DNA of 64,000 nucleotides from Deltaproteobacteria bacterium (GCA_021780755.1 JAJXYF010000008.1:66621-130620), one strand, 5' to 3'. Numbered from the stretch's first letter, positions 9,691 to 20,099 are shown. Notes: generated by a model not told the origin, from the sequence alone. Made by a program: numbers and translations.

Positions 9691-11184
9691 ATGGCACGCC
9701 GAGGCAAAGTGGGCGCCGCCGCGAACCCGATCGCGACCGCCGCGCATGGACTGCCGGTGGTGGTGCTGGTGGGGCGGGCGAACGTCGGGAAATCGACGCT
9801 GTTCAACCGTATTGTGCGGCGCGGGCGGGCGATCGTGAGTCCGATCGCGGGGACCACGCGCGACCTCAATATGGGACGCGCGGTTCACGAAGAGCGTGAA
9901 TTCGTGGTGATCGATAGCGGCGGACTGGAACTGTACGCGCGCGAGCATACCACCGAGCGCGCGGTGGAAGAGGCCTTGCGCGCGGTGGCCGAAGCGGACG
10001 TGGTGGTCTTCGTGATTGACGGGCGCGCGGGAATCGCGAGCGGCGACAACGAGGCGCTCGCGCTGATTCGCGAGACCGGGCGGCCGACGATCGTGGCGGT
10101 GAACAAAATCGATCGCCCGAGCCATGAAGCGGCGGCTGCGGACGCATACGCGCTAGGGGTGCCGAGCGTGACCTTCGTCTCAGCGGCGCATGGGCTGGGC
10201 GTCGGCGAACTGCTCGATGCGATCGTGGAGCAACTACCGGCGCGCGAGGCCACGCCCGAGACTCTGCCCGATTTGCGCCTTGCGTTAATCGGCCGACCAA
10301 ACGTGGGCAAGTCGTCGCTGCTCAATCGGCTGGCCGGCTTCGATCGCGCGATCGTTGACGACCGGCCGGGAACGACTCGCGACCCGGTGGACGTGCGCCT
10401 GAGCGCGGACGGACGCGACGTGCTGCTGATCGATACCGCCGGCATTCGCCGCCCGACCAGGGTCGAGGGCGACCTCGAACACCATTCGGTAGGCCGCGCG
10501 ATCGAGGTGATTCGACGGGCCGAAGTACTAGTGCTGGTGATCGACGCGACCGAGGGAATCACCGACCAGGACGTGCGGCTCGCGCGGTTGGTGGAGAGCA
10601 ACGATCGCGCGATGGTGATCGTGTGCAACAAGTGGGACGCGGCGGCGAAGCTCGACAAACATGTGCCCGGATTCGTGCGCGACACTTACCGGCGCTATCC
10701 GTTTCTTGATTTCGCGCCGATGGTGTTCACCTCGGCGCTGACCGGCGACGGCGTGGAGAATATCCTACCGGCGGCGATTCGGGCCGGGGCGTCGTGGCAT
10801 TCGACTTTCCAGACCGCGCTGTTGAATCGGATACTGGCGGAGACGATCGCGGAGCTGGATCCGCCGTTGGTCGGACGGCGCCGGCTGAAATTGATGTATG
10901 TGACGCAGGTCGGCAGCGCGCCGCCGCGGCTGGCCTTCTTCACCAACCTCGAGCACGACATCCCGGCGCACTTCATCCGGTTTCTCGAAGGGCGCTTTCG
11001 CGTCGCGTTGGGATTGGAGTGCGTGGGCACGCCGCTGCGACTGGAATTTCGGCGCACGGGCCGATCGTGGGCGGAATCGCGCCAGGCGCGCGGGACCGCC
11101 GATGCGCCGCCGGCGAGCGGCAGCGAGGCACGACCGCGTCGTGGCCGCGCCACGGCGGGCGCGCGCGTCCGCAAGAAAGTCTGA
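9691..11184 (+). CDS. der: Ribosome biogenesis GTPase Der
   Basis: Two tandem GTPase domains (GRANVGKSTL/GTTRD/NKID and GRPNVGKSSL/GTTRD/DTAG/NKWD) plus a C-terminal KH-like domain. Confidence 0.95.
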   Translation: MARRGKVGAAANPIATAAHGLPVVVLVGRANVGKSTLFNRIVRRGRAIVSPIAGTTRDLNMGRAVHEEREFVVIDSGGLELYAREHTTERAVEEALRAVAEADVVVFVIDGRAGIASGDNEALALIRETGRPTIVAVNKIDRPSHEAAAADAYALGVPSVTFVSAAHGLGVGELLDAIVEQLPAREATPETLPDLRLALIGRPNVGKSSLLNRLAGFDRAIVDDRPGTTRDPVDVRLSADGRDVLLIDTAGIRRPTRVEGDLEHHSVGRAIEVIRRAEVLVLVIDATEGITDQDVRLARLVESNDRAMVIVCNKWDAAAKLDKHVPGFVRDTYRRYPFLDFAPMVFTSALTGDGVENILPAAIRAGASWHSTFQTALLNRILAETIAELDPPLVGRRRLKLMYVTQVGSAPPRLAFFTNLEHDIPAHFIRFLEGRFRVALGLECVGTPLRLEFRRTGRSWAESRQARGTADAPPASGSEARPRRGRATAGARVRKKV

Positions 11185-11586
11185 ATACACATTATCGAGA
11201 GCAAAATCGCGCCGGCCCGATACGTCGGGGTCGCGCGCGGGGAACGCAAGCGCCTGCTGAGGCGCTACATCGAGCGCGCCGCGCGTGTGCCCACATATAT
11301 GCGGTGTCGATCGCGTCCGGTCTGGAGAAGCTACCGGCGGCGCTCGATCAGATCGAAAGATCGATTCCCGGATTCACACCCCAGTCGACGCATAGGGGTG
11401 GCTCATTCCGGTGCACGGATCCTCGCGCGCTTCTGGCGCAAGCAGTTGTCCACGGCGGCCTTGAGATGGTGGCGATTAGCTTGTAGTACACTACAACGAT
11501 CCAGCCGCGAGGCTCGTCGAAAAAAGGGGCGGCGGCGATGACGCGATTCGGTGTCATCGGCGCGGATCGTGACGGAGGTTACGCGG

Positions 11587-12474
11587 ATGAAAATTGGTTT
11601 TTTTGCGGTGGGAATCGCGGATACGGCACGGCCGGAAATGATCACGGCGATTGCGACCAACGCCGAACGTCTTGGTTTCGCGACAGTGTGGGCGCCCGAG
11701 CACGTCGTGCTGCTGGAAAATTTCGCCTCGCGCTATCCGTATTCGGGCGATGGCAAAATACCCATTCCGACTACTACGCCGCTGCTCGATCCGTTCGTCG
11801 CGCTGACCTATGCCGCCGCGCATACCAGCCGGATCCGCCTCGCGACTGGAATTTGTATCCTGCCCGAGCGCAATCCATTGGTACTCGCCAAAGTCGCGGC
11901 ATCACTCGACTATCTGAGTAATGGGCGCTTTGCACTGGGTATAGGCATCGGTTGGCTCGAAGAGGAATTCAAGGCGATTGGGGTGCCGTGGGCAAGGCGA
12001 ACGGAACGGACGCGCGAGTATGTAGAGGCTATGCGCAATCTGTGGGGCGATGAGCGCAGTAGCTATAGCGGTGAGTTCGTCAACTTCGAGAATGCGCGGA
12101 GCTTTCCCAAGCCGGTACAGGGGCGAGGGCTGCCAATTCTTGTGGGCGGACAGACGGAGCCTGCGCTCAGACGTGCGGCTGCATACGGCGACGGCTGGTG
12201 CGGATTTAATCTGACGCCGGAAGAAACCGCGAAGAAAATCGCGCGTCTGCGCGAGTTAATGAAAGACGCCGGGCGAGTCCCGGACAATTTTGAATTTTCA
12301 ATGTCGCCGCCGGCTGCCGCCACTGCGGCCGAACTCAAGCGCTATCGCGACGCGGGTGTCGATGAGCTCTACCTTTCGCCCGTATTGCAGAAGCCTCCGG
12401 GGAGTATCGCGGAACTCGAGCGGATGCTCGAAAGCTTTGCACGGGAGTGGGTTGAGCCCGCGGCGAAACTATAA
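11587..12474 (+). CDS. LLM-class (probably F420-dependent) oxidoreductase
   Basis: AERLGFATVWAPEH, DPFVALTYAAAHTSRIRLATGI.ILPERNP, GRFALGIGIGW..EEF, GDGW. ATG at 11587 follows GGAGG. Confidence 0.85.
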   Translation: MKIGFFAVGIADTARPEMITAIATNAERLGFATVWAPEHVVLLENFASRYPYSGDGKIPIPTTTPLLDPFVALTYAAAHTSRIRLATGICILPERNPLVLAKVAASLDYLSNGRFALGIGIGWLEEEFKAIGVPWARRTERTREYVEAMRNLWGDERSSYSGEFVNFENARSFPKPVQGRGLPILVGGQTEPALRRAAAYGDGWCGFNLTPEETAKKIARLRELMKDAGRVPDNFEFSMSPPAAATAAELKRYRDAGVDELYLSPVLQKPPGSIAELERMLESFAREWVEPAAKL

Positions 12475-12515
12475 CGTGGGAGCGCGCGCCGCGAGGCCAA
12501 TCAAGTCAGGGGAGA

Positions 12516-12863
12516 ATGCCGATGGTAAAATTCATCATTTGCGCAAGGCGCAAGGCGGGGCTGACTCGTGCAGAATTCAGTAACTACTGGCGCAATCAGC
12601 ATGGCCCGCTGGTGAGGAGTGTTCCGGAGTTCATGCGGCACGTGCGCAAGTACGTGCAGTGCCATCTGGTCGCAGGTGCGGCGCCCTTCGGCGGCGAGCC
12701 GGCGTATGATGGTGTTGCGGAGTTATGGTTCGACGACCCGGAGGAGATTACGCGGGCCTTCAACGAACCCAGGTATCTCGAGATCATTCGTCCGGATGAG
12801 TTGAAGTTCGTTGACATCACGAACTGTATATCCTTCATCACAGAGGAAGTTCCGATGGCGTAG
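12516..12863 (+). CDS. EthD-domain protein
   Basis: RRKAGLTRAEF..YW...HGPL, YVQ.H, YDGVAELWFD, PDE..F. Confidence 0.85.
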   Translation: MPMVKFIICARRKAGLTRAEFSNYWRNQHGPLVRSVPEFMRHVRKYVQCHLVAGAAPFGGEPAYDGVAELWFDDPEEITRAFNEPRYLEIIRPDELKFVDITNCISFITEEVPMA

Positions 12864-12937
12864 GCTGACGCAGCCGCGCGCCACGAATAATCGAACTGAG
12901 TAGTCGCGGCCGGGGCCGGCCGCGACTACGGTCGAAA

Positions 12938-13792
12938 CTACGCAATCACGAAGCGGAATGAGTCGTCTTTTCGGACTATTTTGCCGGGCGCCGGCATCGC
13001 GAAATGCGTTCCGAAGACCAAGGTCTTGCCGTCGGCGTAGCGCTCGCAGAATGCACGCCGCGTCTTCTTCGCCATCGGCCCGTCATTGTCGAAGTTGTCG
13101 TCCCATTCGGGATAACAGCATTGAACTGGATGATGCATCAGGTCGCCAGTGATGACGGCGTCTTGGCCCTGGGATGCAATCCGAATCGCGAAATGGCCGG
13201 GTGTGTGGCCGGGCGTCGATTCGAGCCATACCTCGTCGGTCACGCGATGTCTTTCGTCAACCAGATCGACCCGTCCCTCGGCCATCACGGGACGAACCGA
13301 GTCGTCAACCGGATCCTTGAAGAAGGGGTCCTCGCTGCGCGAGAAGAAATCCCATTCGGTGCCGCCGATTAGATACTTCGCGTTGGGGAACGTCGCGACC
13401 CATTTGTCATCCTTGAGCATCGTGTTCCAGCCGACGTGGTCGATATGCAGATGGGTGCAGATGACGCGGTCGATTGATTCACGCGGATAGCCAAGCTTGC
13501 GCAGGTCTTCCAGGAACGGCAGTTGCAGCTTGTTCCAGGCCGGATTCGAGCGCACTTTGTCGTTGCCGATACAGGTATCGACGATAATGCGCTTTCCCTG
13601 TGACTCGATCACCAGCGAATGGATACTCATATTGAGCTTTCCTTTTTCGTCGGAGAAGGTCGGATAGAGCCAATCGCGTTCTTTCTTGATATTTTCGCGG
13701 GTCGCATCAGGCAAGAGAAAGGTGCCGTCCCACGGACCTTCCGATTCAACAATACGGGAAATCTTTACGTCACCGATATTCCATTGGTTCAC
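12938..13792 (-). CDS. Metallo-beta-lactamase-fold hydrolase
   Basis: THLHIDHVGWN (HxHxDH), TPGHTPGH, GDLMH, terminal GTHF. GTG start at 13792 follows AAGGAG. Confidence 0.88.
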   Translation of the reverse strand: MNQWNIGDVKISRIVESEGPWDGTFLLPDATRENIKKERDWLYPTFSDEKGKLNMSIHSLVIESQGKRIIVDTCIGNDKVRSNPAWNKLQLPFLEDLRKLGYPRESIDRVICTHLHIDHVGWNTMLKDDKWVATFPNAKYLIGGTEWDFFSRSEDPFFKDPVDDSVRPVMAEGRVDLVDERHRVTDEVWLESTPGHTPGHFAIRIASQGQDAVITGDLMHHPVQCCYPEWDDNFDNDGPMAKKTRRAFCERYADGKTLVFGTHFAMPAPGKIVRKDDSFRFVIA

Positions 13793-14016
13793 GCTGTCAG
13801 CTCCTTGATCGAATGAAGCACGACTCACGGTCCGCGCCGAGGTTTTATCTAGCTTGCTTATGACTATGCGAGCAAGTGCATGGTCGCGGGCTGGATCGTA
13901 GCGGGCGGATTCGATTGCGAGAGACCAACGAAAGGGGGCGTTTGCGGAGCGTCGCGTGCGGTAGTAAATGCAGGAGGGAAACGCGTATCAGGTGCGCGTG
14001 CTAATGGGAGGTTCAG

Positions 14017-15042
14017 ATGTTGAAGATTGGCTTGATGCAGGATTTTCGCAACCCGCGCGAATGGCGCAGACCCAATCCCGAACTCTACCGGGCGATCCTC
14101 GACCAGATCGTTCGGGCTGAGGAACTTGGTTACGATAATGTCTGGCTGACCGAGCATCATTTCGCGGAGGACGGCTATAATCCGTCGCTGATGCCCACCG
14201 CCGCGGCAATCGCGACGCGCACCCACCGCATCCGGATAGGTACCTTCGTGCTGCTTTTGCCATTTCAGCATCCGGTGCGAGTGGCCGAAGATGCGACTTG
14301 CGTTGATATCTGGTCGAACGGCCGCTTTGATCTCGGCGTCGGACAGGGCTACTCCTACAAGGAGTTCAACGCGCTGTGCATGAAGCGGGAGGAACGATCC
14401 GCACGCTTCGCCGAAGGGGTCGAGATACTGAAGAGGCTGTGGACGGAGGAGCGCGTCACGTTCGACGGAAAATTCACGAAGATTAAGGAGTTGACGCTCG
14501 CCCCGCGGCCGGTGCAGACCCCGCATGTGCCGCTGTGGCTCGGAGCGCGGACCGAAAAGGCGACGCGGCGCGTGGCCCGCCACGGAGGTCATCTGCTGGC
14601 GACGATTGGGCCGGATCCGGCGCCGTGGTATCTCGACGAACTGACCAAATGCGGGCGGAAACCGAGTGACTATTCAATCGCGCAATTGCGGTTGGTGTAT
14701 GTCGCAAACTCCGAAGATCGGGCGTGGGAAGATACGCAAGAACATATCTTCAGCATGATGGAGTTTTACGGCGACATCCTGGCCGAAGCGAATGACGCAC
14801 CGGGTGACAAGGAAGTATTTCAGTTCAAGTCGCCGCGTGAGCTTCGCCATTCGCCGATGGGCAAGGCGATGATGATCGGAACGCCGGACCAGGTGGCGCG
14901 GAAATTGGAAAAGTTTCGCAAGGACTTCGTTTGCACCCATTTGATATTGAGCACCCAACTGCCCGGACTTGATCCGAAAAAGGGGACCGCGTCGCTGGAG
15001 CTTTTCGCCAAGGAGATAATGCCGTCGTTGCGAAATTCCTGA
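14017..15042 (+). CDS. LLM-class flavin-dependent oxidoreductase
   Basis: AEELGYDNVWLTEHHF, RIRIGTFVLLLP..HPVRVAED, GRFDLGVGQGY, MIGTPDQV. Confidence 0.88.
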   Translation: MLKIGLMQDFRNPREWRRPNPELYRAILDQIVRAEELGYDNVWLTEHHFAEDGYNPSLMPTAAAIATRTHRIRIGTFVLLLPFQHPVRVAEDATCVDIWSNGRFDLGVGQGYSYKEFNALCMKREERSARFAEGVEILKRLWTEERVTFDGKFTKIKELTLAPRPVQTPHVPLWLGARTEKATRRVARHGGHLLATIGPDPAPWYLDELTKCGRKPSDYSIAQLRLVYVANSEDRAWEDTQEHIFSMMEFYGDILAEANDAPGDKEVFQFKSPRELRHSPMGKAMMIGTPDQVARKLEKFRKDFVCTHLILSTQLPGLDPKKGTASLELFAKEIMPSLRNS

Positions 15043-15138
15043 GGTCACCGGCGGCGGCGCACCAATTATGATCTCACGCGGAAGACGCGCGGATCATGAT
15101 CGATTGAAGCGGGCTAATCAGCGGGGACGGGTGGCTAT

Positions 15139-16527
15139 ATGAATGCGATCGAGCCGGAAATCGTTGCGCTGTGCAAAAAGCTAATCGCGATACCGAGCGT
15201 GAGCGGGGCGGGTACGCGGCAGATCGCCGAATTCTGCGCGAGAGAAATCCTGGCGCCACGCGGAATCGAAGCGCGCACCATTTCATCGCCGAAGGAAGGA
15301 CCAGACCAAGTCAACCTGGTGGCGTTCGTCGCGGGAGCGCGACACACGGTCGCGCCGCTGCTGCTGAATACCCATCTCGACACGGTGCCGCCGGGCGAAC
15401 CAGCGCTGTGGACCGAGTGCGGCGGTGAACCATTCGAGGCGTCCATCAAGGGCGATCGCATTTACGGTCTCGGGGCGGCGGACACCAAGCTGGATTTTCT
15501 GGCGAAGGCGATCGCACTGGGGCGGCGCGGCGAAGGCGATCGCGATCGCGATGTGTGGCTGGTGGGTAGTTTCGGCGAAGAGCATGGGCTGGTTGGGGCG
15601 AAGGAGCTGGCGACGAGCAACGTGATTCCGCGCGGGGCAATCGCGATGGTTGGCGAGCCGTCGCAATTGAAGGTGGTAACGGCGCACAAGGGCCTGATGG
15701 CATTCGAACTGACTATTCACTTCAGTCCGGTTCGAACTGACAAGGAGATTGAAGGCCGTAAAATTATGTTTACCGGCAAGGCAGCGCATTCGAGTACACC
15801 AGCGCTGGGCGAAAACGCGATCGCAAAGGCGCTGGAGGCCATCGGCGCGCAAATGAAGTCACAAGTCATTTCGATTGACGGAGGTGACGCCGTAAACAAG
15901 GTTCCCGCGCGATGCGAAGCGGTTGTCGCGGCCGATACAGCGACGAGGTTCGACAGGTCTGTCACGGAAACGGTCAAACGCGTTACCCATTTTATCCCGG
16001 CGGAGGCGATCGAGGCTCTCAAGCAATTTGTTCGTGCTCTGCGCGGATTCGCTGATGCTCGCGGACCCGCGGAAGCGGATTATGCGGCGCCGACACTCAC
16101 TTCAAATCTCGGTGTGGTGCGCACGAGCGATGATGCGGTCGTCGTTGAGTTTGAGCTACGGCCGCCGCCTTCGTTGGCGCTGGACGCGGTTCGCGATGGT
16201 ATCAACTCAGTGGTCGCCCGGATCGCGGATAGCGCCCCCGCTCTGAAGCCGCGGCTCGTCGAAAAACGCGCAAACCCCGGATTTCGCAGTGCGAATGGGA
16301 GTGAGGCACTGGAGATGGCGATGGGAGCGTTGGCGCGTGCACAGCTTCCGCTGGAGACCGGCGTGAAGGCGGGATGCACGGAAGCCGGCGTCTATGCGGC
16401 TGCGGGTCTTTATCCGATTGTCTTCGGGCCGGGACCTTCGACTGGCGTGATTCATGCTCCAAATGAGTATAACCTGCTTTCCGATGTTGAAGGCGCGATA
16501 CGCTTTTACAGCGCTCTGCTCGAGTAA
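15139..16527 (+). CDS. M20 family metallo-deacylase (ArgE/DapE-like)
   Basis: LNTHLDTV, YGLGAADTK, GEEHG, GEPS, AHKG, AAHSS.P..G.NA, GCTEA, FGPG...HAPNE. Confidence 0.85.
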   Translation: MNAIEPEIVALCKKLIAIPSVSGAGTRQIAEFCAREILAPRGIEARTISSPKEGPDQVNLVAFVAGARHTVAPLLLNTHLDTVPPGEPALWTECGGEPFEASIKGDRIYGLGAADTKLDFLAKAIALGRRGEGDRDRDVWLVGSFGEEHGLVGAKELATSNVIPRGAIAMVGEPSQLKVVTAHKGLMAFELTIHFSPVRTDKEIEGRKIMFTGKAAHSSTPALGENAIAKALEAIGAQMKSQVISIDGGDAVNKVPARCEAVVAADTATRFDRSVTETVKRVTHFIPAEAIEALKQFVRALRGFADARGPAEADYAAPTLTSNLGVVRTSDDAVVVEFELRPPPSLALDAVRDGINSVVARIADSAPALKPRLVEKRANPGFRSANGSEALEMAMGALARAQLPLETGVKAGCTEAGVYAAAGLYPIVFGPGPSTGVIHAPNEYNLLSDVEGAIRFYSALLE

Positions 16528-16621
16528 GCGCGTGAGTTTCTGGCGCGACTAGCCAGTCGGATGGTTAGTAGTGGAGCCGCTAAGTTCGGCGATGTTCACC
16601 GCATTGCAGGCAACGGGAAGG

Positions 16622-17650
16622 CTAGGGAAGAAGGACTGCGTCGAGGTGTTCGCCCTCGTGAACGGACAGCGCCTTGAGAATGTCTGGACTGACTATCATG
16701 CGCCGGTCTTCGACGACCGCGTTCGCCTGCATTGCGCGATAGCCATTTGCTCCATCTTGGGCGATCAGGTGTAACCGAGCCGTGGCCAGATCCGGTTCAC
16801 CGGCGACGACTCTGATAGAGCGGAAGTCCTTGACTGGTACGAGATCCTCGATAAGCGCACCGTAATACGGCCCAGCGTCGAAGGGATCGATTTGCTGCAG
16901 GAATTTCATTCCAGCTTGCTCGAGCAGATGGACCGCCCCGCGGCTGTATTCCGCGACCTGCCCGAGCGATTGGGTAACCTCCTGGGGCAACAGGAACGTA
17001 TAAAGCGGCGATTCGGGGAAGAGGGCGCGGATGAACTCTTTATCGTGACTCGATAACACGTCGGCGTCGCGATAGGAGAGGCCGGTAACCAGACCACCGT
17101 AGTAGTCCCAGAATCGATTGCCGTGATTTGGCGTTGCGGGCGCGAGCATTTCGGCAATAAGGTTTCGCTCGAAGCGTGCGCGATGCCGGGCGATGTACAG
17201 GAATCGCACCCACGAAATTTGCCTGCCGATCCGGGCTGGATGGCCGCGCGACGCAGTATCGACAATCAGGCCGCCAAGTTCGGAGGGTCCGTCCATCGAA
17301 TAGCGCAAACGCAGAAACGGGTGACGGAACATGCGCTGTAGCGATTGTGAGTAACGCTCGTCGGTATCCATCTCGAAGTAGTAATGAGGGGAATCGGGAG
17401 TGCCGTGCTTGCCGATGATCATAGAGGCGGCGACGATTCGGTTGGTGGCCAAATCCTCGGCGCAGAAAATATAGATAGTGTTGGCGTGGCGTCGAAGGGT
17501 ACCGGCGAAAGATTTTGCCGAGCGCTCGAGCGCATCGGCGAGTTCGGACGAATCGGTGGGCAGGTTAATCGAGTCGAGTTCGCGCGCCAGGTGAAGAATC
17601 TGGCGATGATCCCGCGGGACTGCCTGCCGTATGAGGAACGAGGGCTGCAT
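16622..17650 (-). CDS. astA: Arginine N-succinyltransferase (AstA family)
   Basis: IRQA...D, NLP, YIF.AED, GPSELGGL, RF...LIAEM, FW....G, DAD.LS..KEFI..LFP..P.Y..LLP, IDPFDAGP. Confidence 0.82.
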   Translation of the reverse strand: MQPSFLIRQAVPRDHRQILHLARELDSINLPTDSSELADALERSAKSFAGTLRRHANTIYIFCAEDLATNRIVAASMIIGKHGTPDSPHYYFEMDTDERYSQSLQRMFRHPFLRLRYSMDGPSELGGLIVDTASRGHPARIGRQISWVRFLYIARHRARFERNLIAEMLAPATPNHGNRFWDYYGGLVTGLSYRDADVLSSHDKEFIRALFPESPLYTFLLPQEVTQSLGQVAEYSRGAVHLLEQAGMKFLQQIDPFDAGPYYGALIEDLVPVKDFRSIRVVAGEPDLATARLHLIAQDGANGYRAMQANAVVEDRRMIVSPDILKALSVHEGEHLDAVLLP

Positions 17651-17740
17651 TGGAGTTGGATTACATGCTAACACCGCGTCGGCCCGCGAAAAATGGAAAT
17701 ATCACGACGGCGGATCTGGTCATGGATGAGATCGGTCGCA

Positions 17741-18739
17741 TCAGGGTTGCGCGGGGAAGAGGTTTTGATAGCTGCGAGCGGCACGAAAGGCAGCCACAGA
17801 CGGGCTGGAGGGCAGTTCTTCGGACGGTCCCAGATCGAGGATCATGCACTTGATTGAGCCGCCGCCCTTGGCGAGGAACTCGCTCACGTCGATTAGCACC
17901 GGCTCGACGGCGCGTTCCTGAAGCTGGCGGCACAGGTCGGCGCTTACCCCGTGCGGCATCAGCAGGAAGAGTCGGCCGTCGTGCTCGATTTGAAATGAGT
18001 TTGCGGCGTATAGCGCCGCATCGGCGGCGGGCAGTGGGAGCAGATTCACGCCGAATGCGGCGCGCAGGACTTCGCGCGATCGCGGCGCCAGGCCTTCCAT
18101 GTAAGCGAGGAGGAATTCGCGCCGTCGGCCGAATGAACAGAGGACAGTATCGCCGTGGTAGTGGGCCTCGAGGGTCAATTCGAGGGGAAGTATGGTCCTG
18201 CTGCCGGCAATCCTCGTGAGTTCGTCGAGCGCGGTCGCATCCGAGCGAAATCCGTAAATCCGTTTCCAGGGCGGGAGGCCGAGGCGCGGCACGAAGCGCT
18301 GCCGTTCGATTCGGCCGTGCGTAAAGAGCATGTAGTCTCCGGCGGGAAAGAAATCGGCCTCGCCCTCGAAGCGCGCCTGAATGTCGCTGGTAGCTAAGCC
18401 GAGTGAGCGGAGGAAAGGCCGATAAACCTCACGCTCCGGCGCGCGGGTGGGCAAGAGGTTGGCGAGATGAAAGGTTTTGCGATCGGCGGGGGGTCCTTCC
18501 AGCGGATAGAGGAAGCCGGCGTTGGCGGGATAGACCAGACCGGACAAGTGCTCGTGCGGTTCGACCACCAGCACCTCCGTGCTGTATGCGAGCAGGGTCT
18601 TCGCCATCGAATGCCATTGTTGGCGCGCGCGCGGCGCATCGACGGTTTTTTTTATCCCCACGACGTTACGGGTGTGAGGATTGGCGCCGCCTCTAACAGA
18701 GAAGTAGCGCGGGTCTCCCATCAGGATGGTGCGTGACAT
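17741..18739 (-). CDS. Pentein (amidinotransferase/arginine dihydrolase-like) hydrolase
   Basis: ILM.DP.YF.V....NP, QW, VYPANAG, FEGEAD, YHGDT, SEFLAKGGGSIKCM (catalytic Cys at the C-terminus). Confidence 0.8.
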   Translation of the reverse strand: MSRTILMGDPRYFSVRGGANPHTRNVVGIKKTVDAPRARQQWHSMAKTLLAYSTEVLVVEPHEHLSGLVYPANAGFLYPLEGPPADRKTFHLANLLPTRAPEREVYRPFLRSLGLATSDIQARFEGEADFFPAGDYMLFTHGRIERQRFVPRLGLPPWKRIYGFRSDATALDELTRIAGSRTILPLELTLEAHYHGDTVLCSFGRRREFLLAYMEGLAPRSREVLRAAFGVNLLPLPAADAALYAANSFQIEHDGRLFLLMPHGVSADLCRQLQERAVEPVLIDVSEFLAKGGGSIKCMILDLGPSEELPSSPSVAAFRAARSYQNLFPAQP

Positions 18740-18817
18740 CTTATGTGATCATTGACTATGCCGGCCAATGGAGTCTAGACAGATCGAGAGTGCGCGATAG
18801 CGGAGGGCCTTCGAATT

Positions 18818-19276
18818 ATGAGTGCAAACGATCTCGAAAAGCGAATCACGGTACTCGAAGATATTGAGGCGATTAAGCAGTTGAAGGCGCGATATTGCGC
18901 GATCTGCGATGACGATCACAATCCCGACCAGATTGCGACGGTGTTTGCGGAAGATGGGATTTGGGAGGGCGGCGAGTTCGGCAAGGCGCAGGGGCATCAG
19001 GCGATTCGCAAGCTGTTCGAAGGGTTCCGGCAGTTGATCAGCTTTTCGCAGCACAACCTGATGAATCCGATTATCGAGGTCAAGGGCGATCGCGCGAAAG
19101 GCACGTGGTACTTGATGGGGCCGTTCACATTTCGTGAAAAGAACGACGCCAAGTGGTTGGCAGCGGCCTACGAAGACGATTATATAAAGGTGAACGGGGA
19201 ATGGAAGTACCAGCACCTGCGCGCGATTATCAGGATGGCGGCGCCGTACGCAAAGGGCTGGGCCAACAAGGTTTAG
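18818..19276 (+). CDS. SnoaL-like / NTF2 family protein
   Basis: LEDIEAIKQLKARYC...D, FAEDG.W, H...NP.I.V.GD.A.G.W, YED.Y.KVNGEWK. Confidence 0.85.
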   Translation: MSANDLEKRITVLEDIEAIKQLKARYCAICDDDHNPDQIATVFAEDGIWEGGEFGKAQGHQAIRKLFEGFRQLISFSQHNLMNPIIEVKGDRAKGTWYLMGPFTFREKNDAKWLAAAYEDDYIKVNGEWKYQHLRAIIRMAAPYAKGWANKV

Positions 19277-19409
19277 AATGCGGTCGCGCCAAATAGTGCG
19301 AGCGATAGTTACATCCGCCGAAGCGCATTAGCAAGTTCGGGTGGGCGGCCGACGATCGATGTACCTCATACGCCGTCACGCGAGGGCCATTAGAAAGAGC
19401 TCGGAGCGG

Positions 19410-19760
19410 GCCTTGTCGGTCACGATTTGCTTTCCGCTGGCGAGGCAGGTGCGCACGCGTTTGATGCCGTTCTTCTCGAAGACTTCAATCGACGAAACTT
19501 CCTCACCCAGGCGCAAGGTGACGCGGCGTTCGCGCAAGTGATAGATGAGCGTTTCAACGATCTCGGCATCAACGAAGTCGAGCAGGCGAGGGCGCACATA
19601 GGCCAGTGTTACGCGCACGCCGAGTGCGGCAAACAGGCTCGCGTATTCGCAGCCGATGACGCCGGCGCCGATCATCGCCAGGGTGCCCGGAAGTTCGTCG
19701 AGTTCCATCACGTCGTTGCTGGAAAAGACCGAGCGGCCGTCGAGCGGGGTGCGGTCGTCG
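19410..19760 (-). pseudogene. Internal fragment of soluble pyridine nucleotide transhydrogenase (SthA-like)
   Basis: LPGTLAMIGAGVIGCEYASLFAALGVRVTL..RPRLLDFVDAEIVE.L.YHLR..RVTLRLGEEV..LASGKQIVTDKA. About 115 aa only, lacking both termini. Confidence 0.75.
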
Positions 19761-19763
19761 CGT

Positions 19764-20099
19764 TGCAAACAACAGTATCGCCGGATTGTCGCAGTCGCGG
19801 TCAAAACGCTGATCTACGGCGTCATCACACTGTTGCTGGGCTTCCTCGAACGAACACTGGAAGCGCTGCATCGGGAGCATACATTGCACGAGGCGGAGCT
19901 CTACGTAATAGATCACGCGAGTATATATCGGTTGTTCGCATGGTCGCTCGGAATAAGCCTGGTGTTCGCGCTCTACTTCGCCTTATTCGAGATCAGCGAA
20001 CGGCTGGGAGCGGGGAAGCTGTGGGGACTATTTTTCGACTCTCCCAGAGCGGTTGGCGATCGGCACGCGAGCGCCAATGCCGGCAACGACGCGAACTAG
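19764..20099 (+). pseudogene. C-terminal fragment of a membrane protein
   Basis: Hydrophobic helices (VAVKTLIYGVITLLLGFLER; LFAWSLGISLVFALYFAL..ISERLG.GKL..LFF) with no start of its own. Abuts the sthA fragment. Confidence 0.55.

Noticed and set aside
10..11249. Long antisense/alternate-frame ORFs (e.g. 5043..6827 -, 4504..5754 -, 8679..9869 -)
   Set aside because: Arg/Pro-rich shadows of well-supported genes in high-GC DNA.
11185..11550. Short ORFs between der and the LLM gene
   Set aside because: No recognisable motifs or RBS. Possibly a decayed remnant but cannot be assigned.
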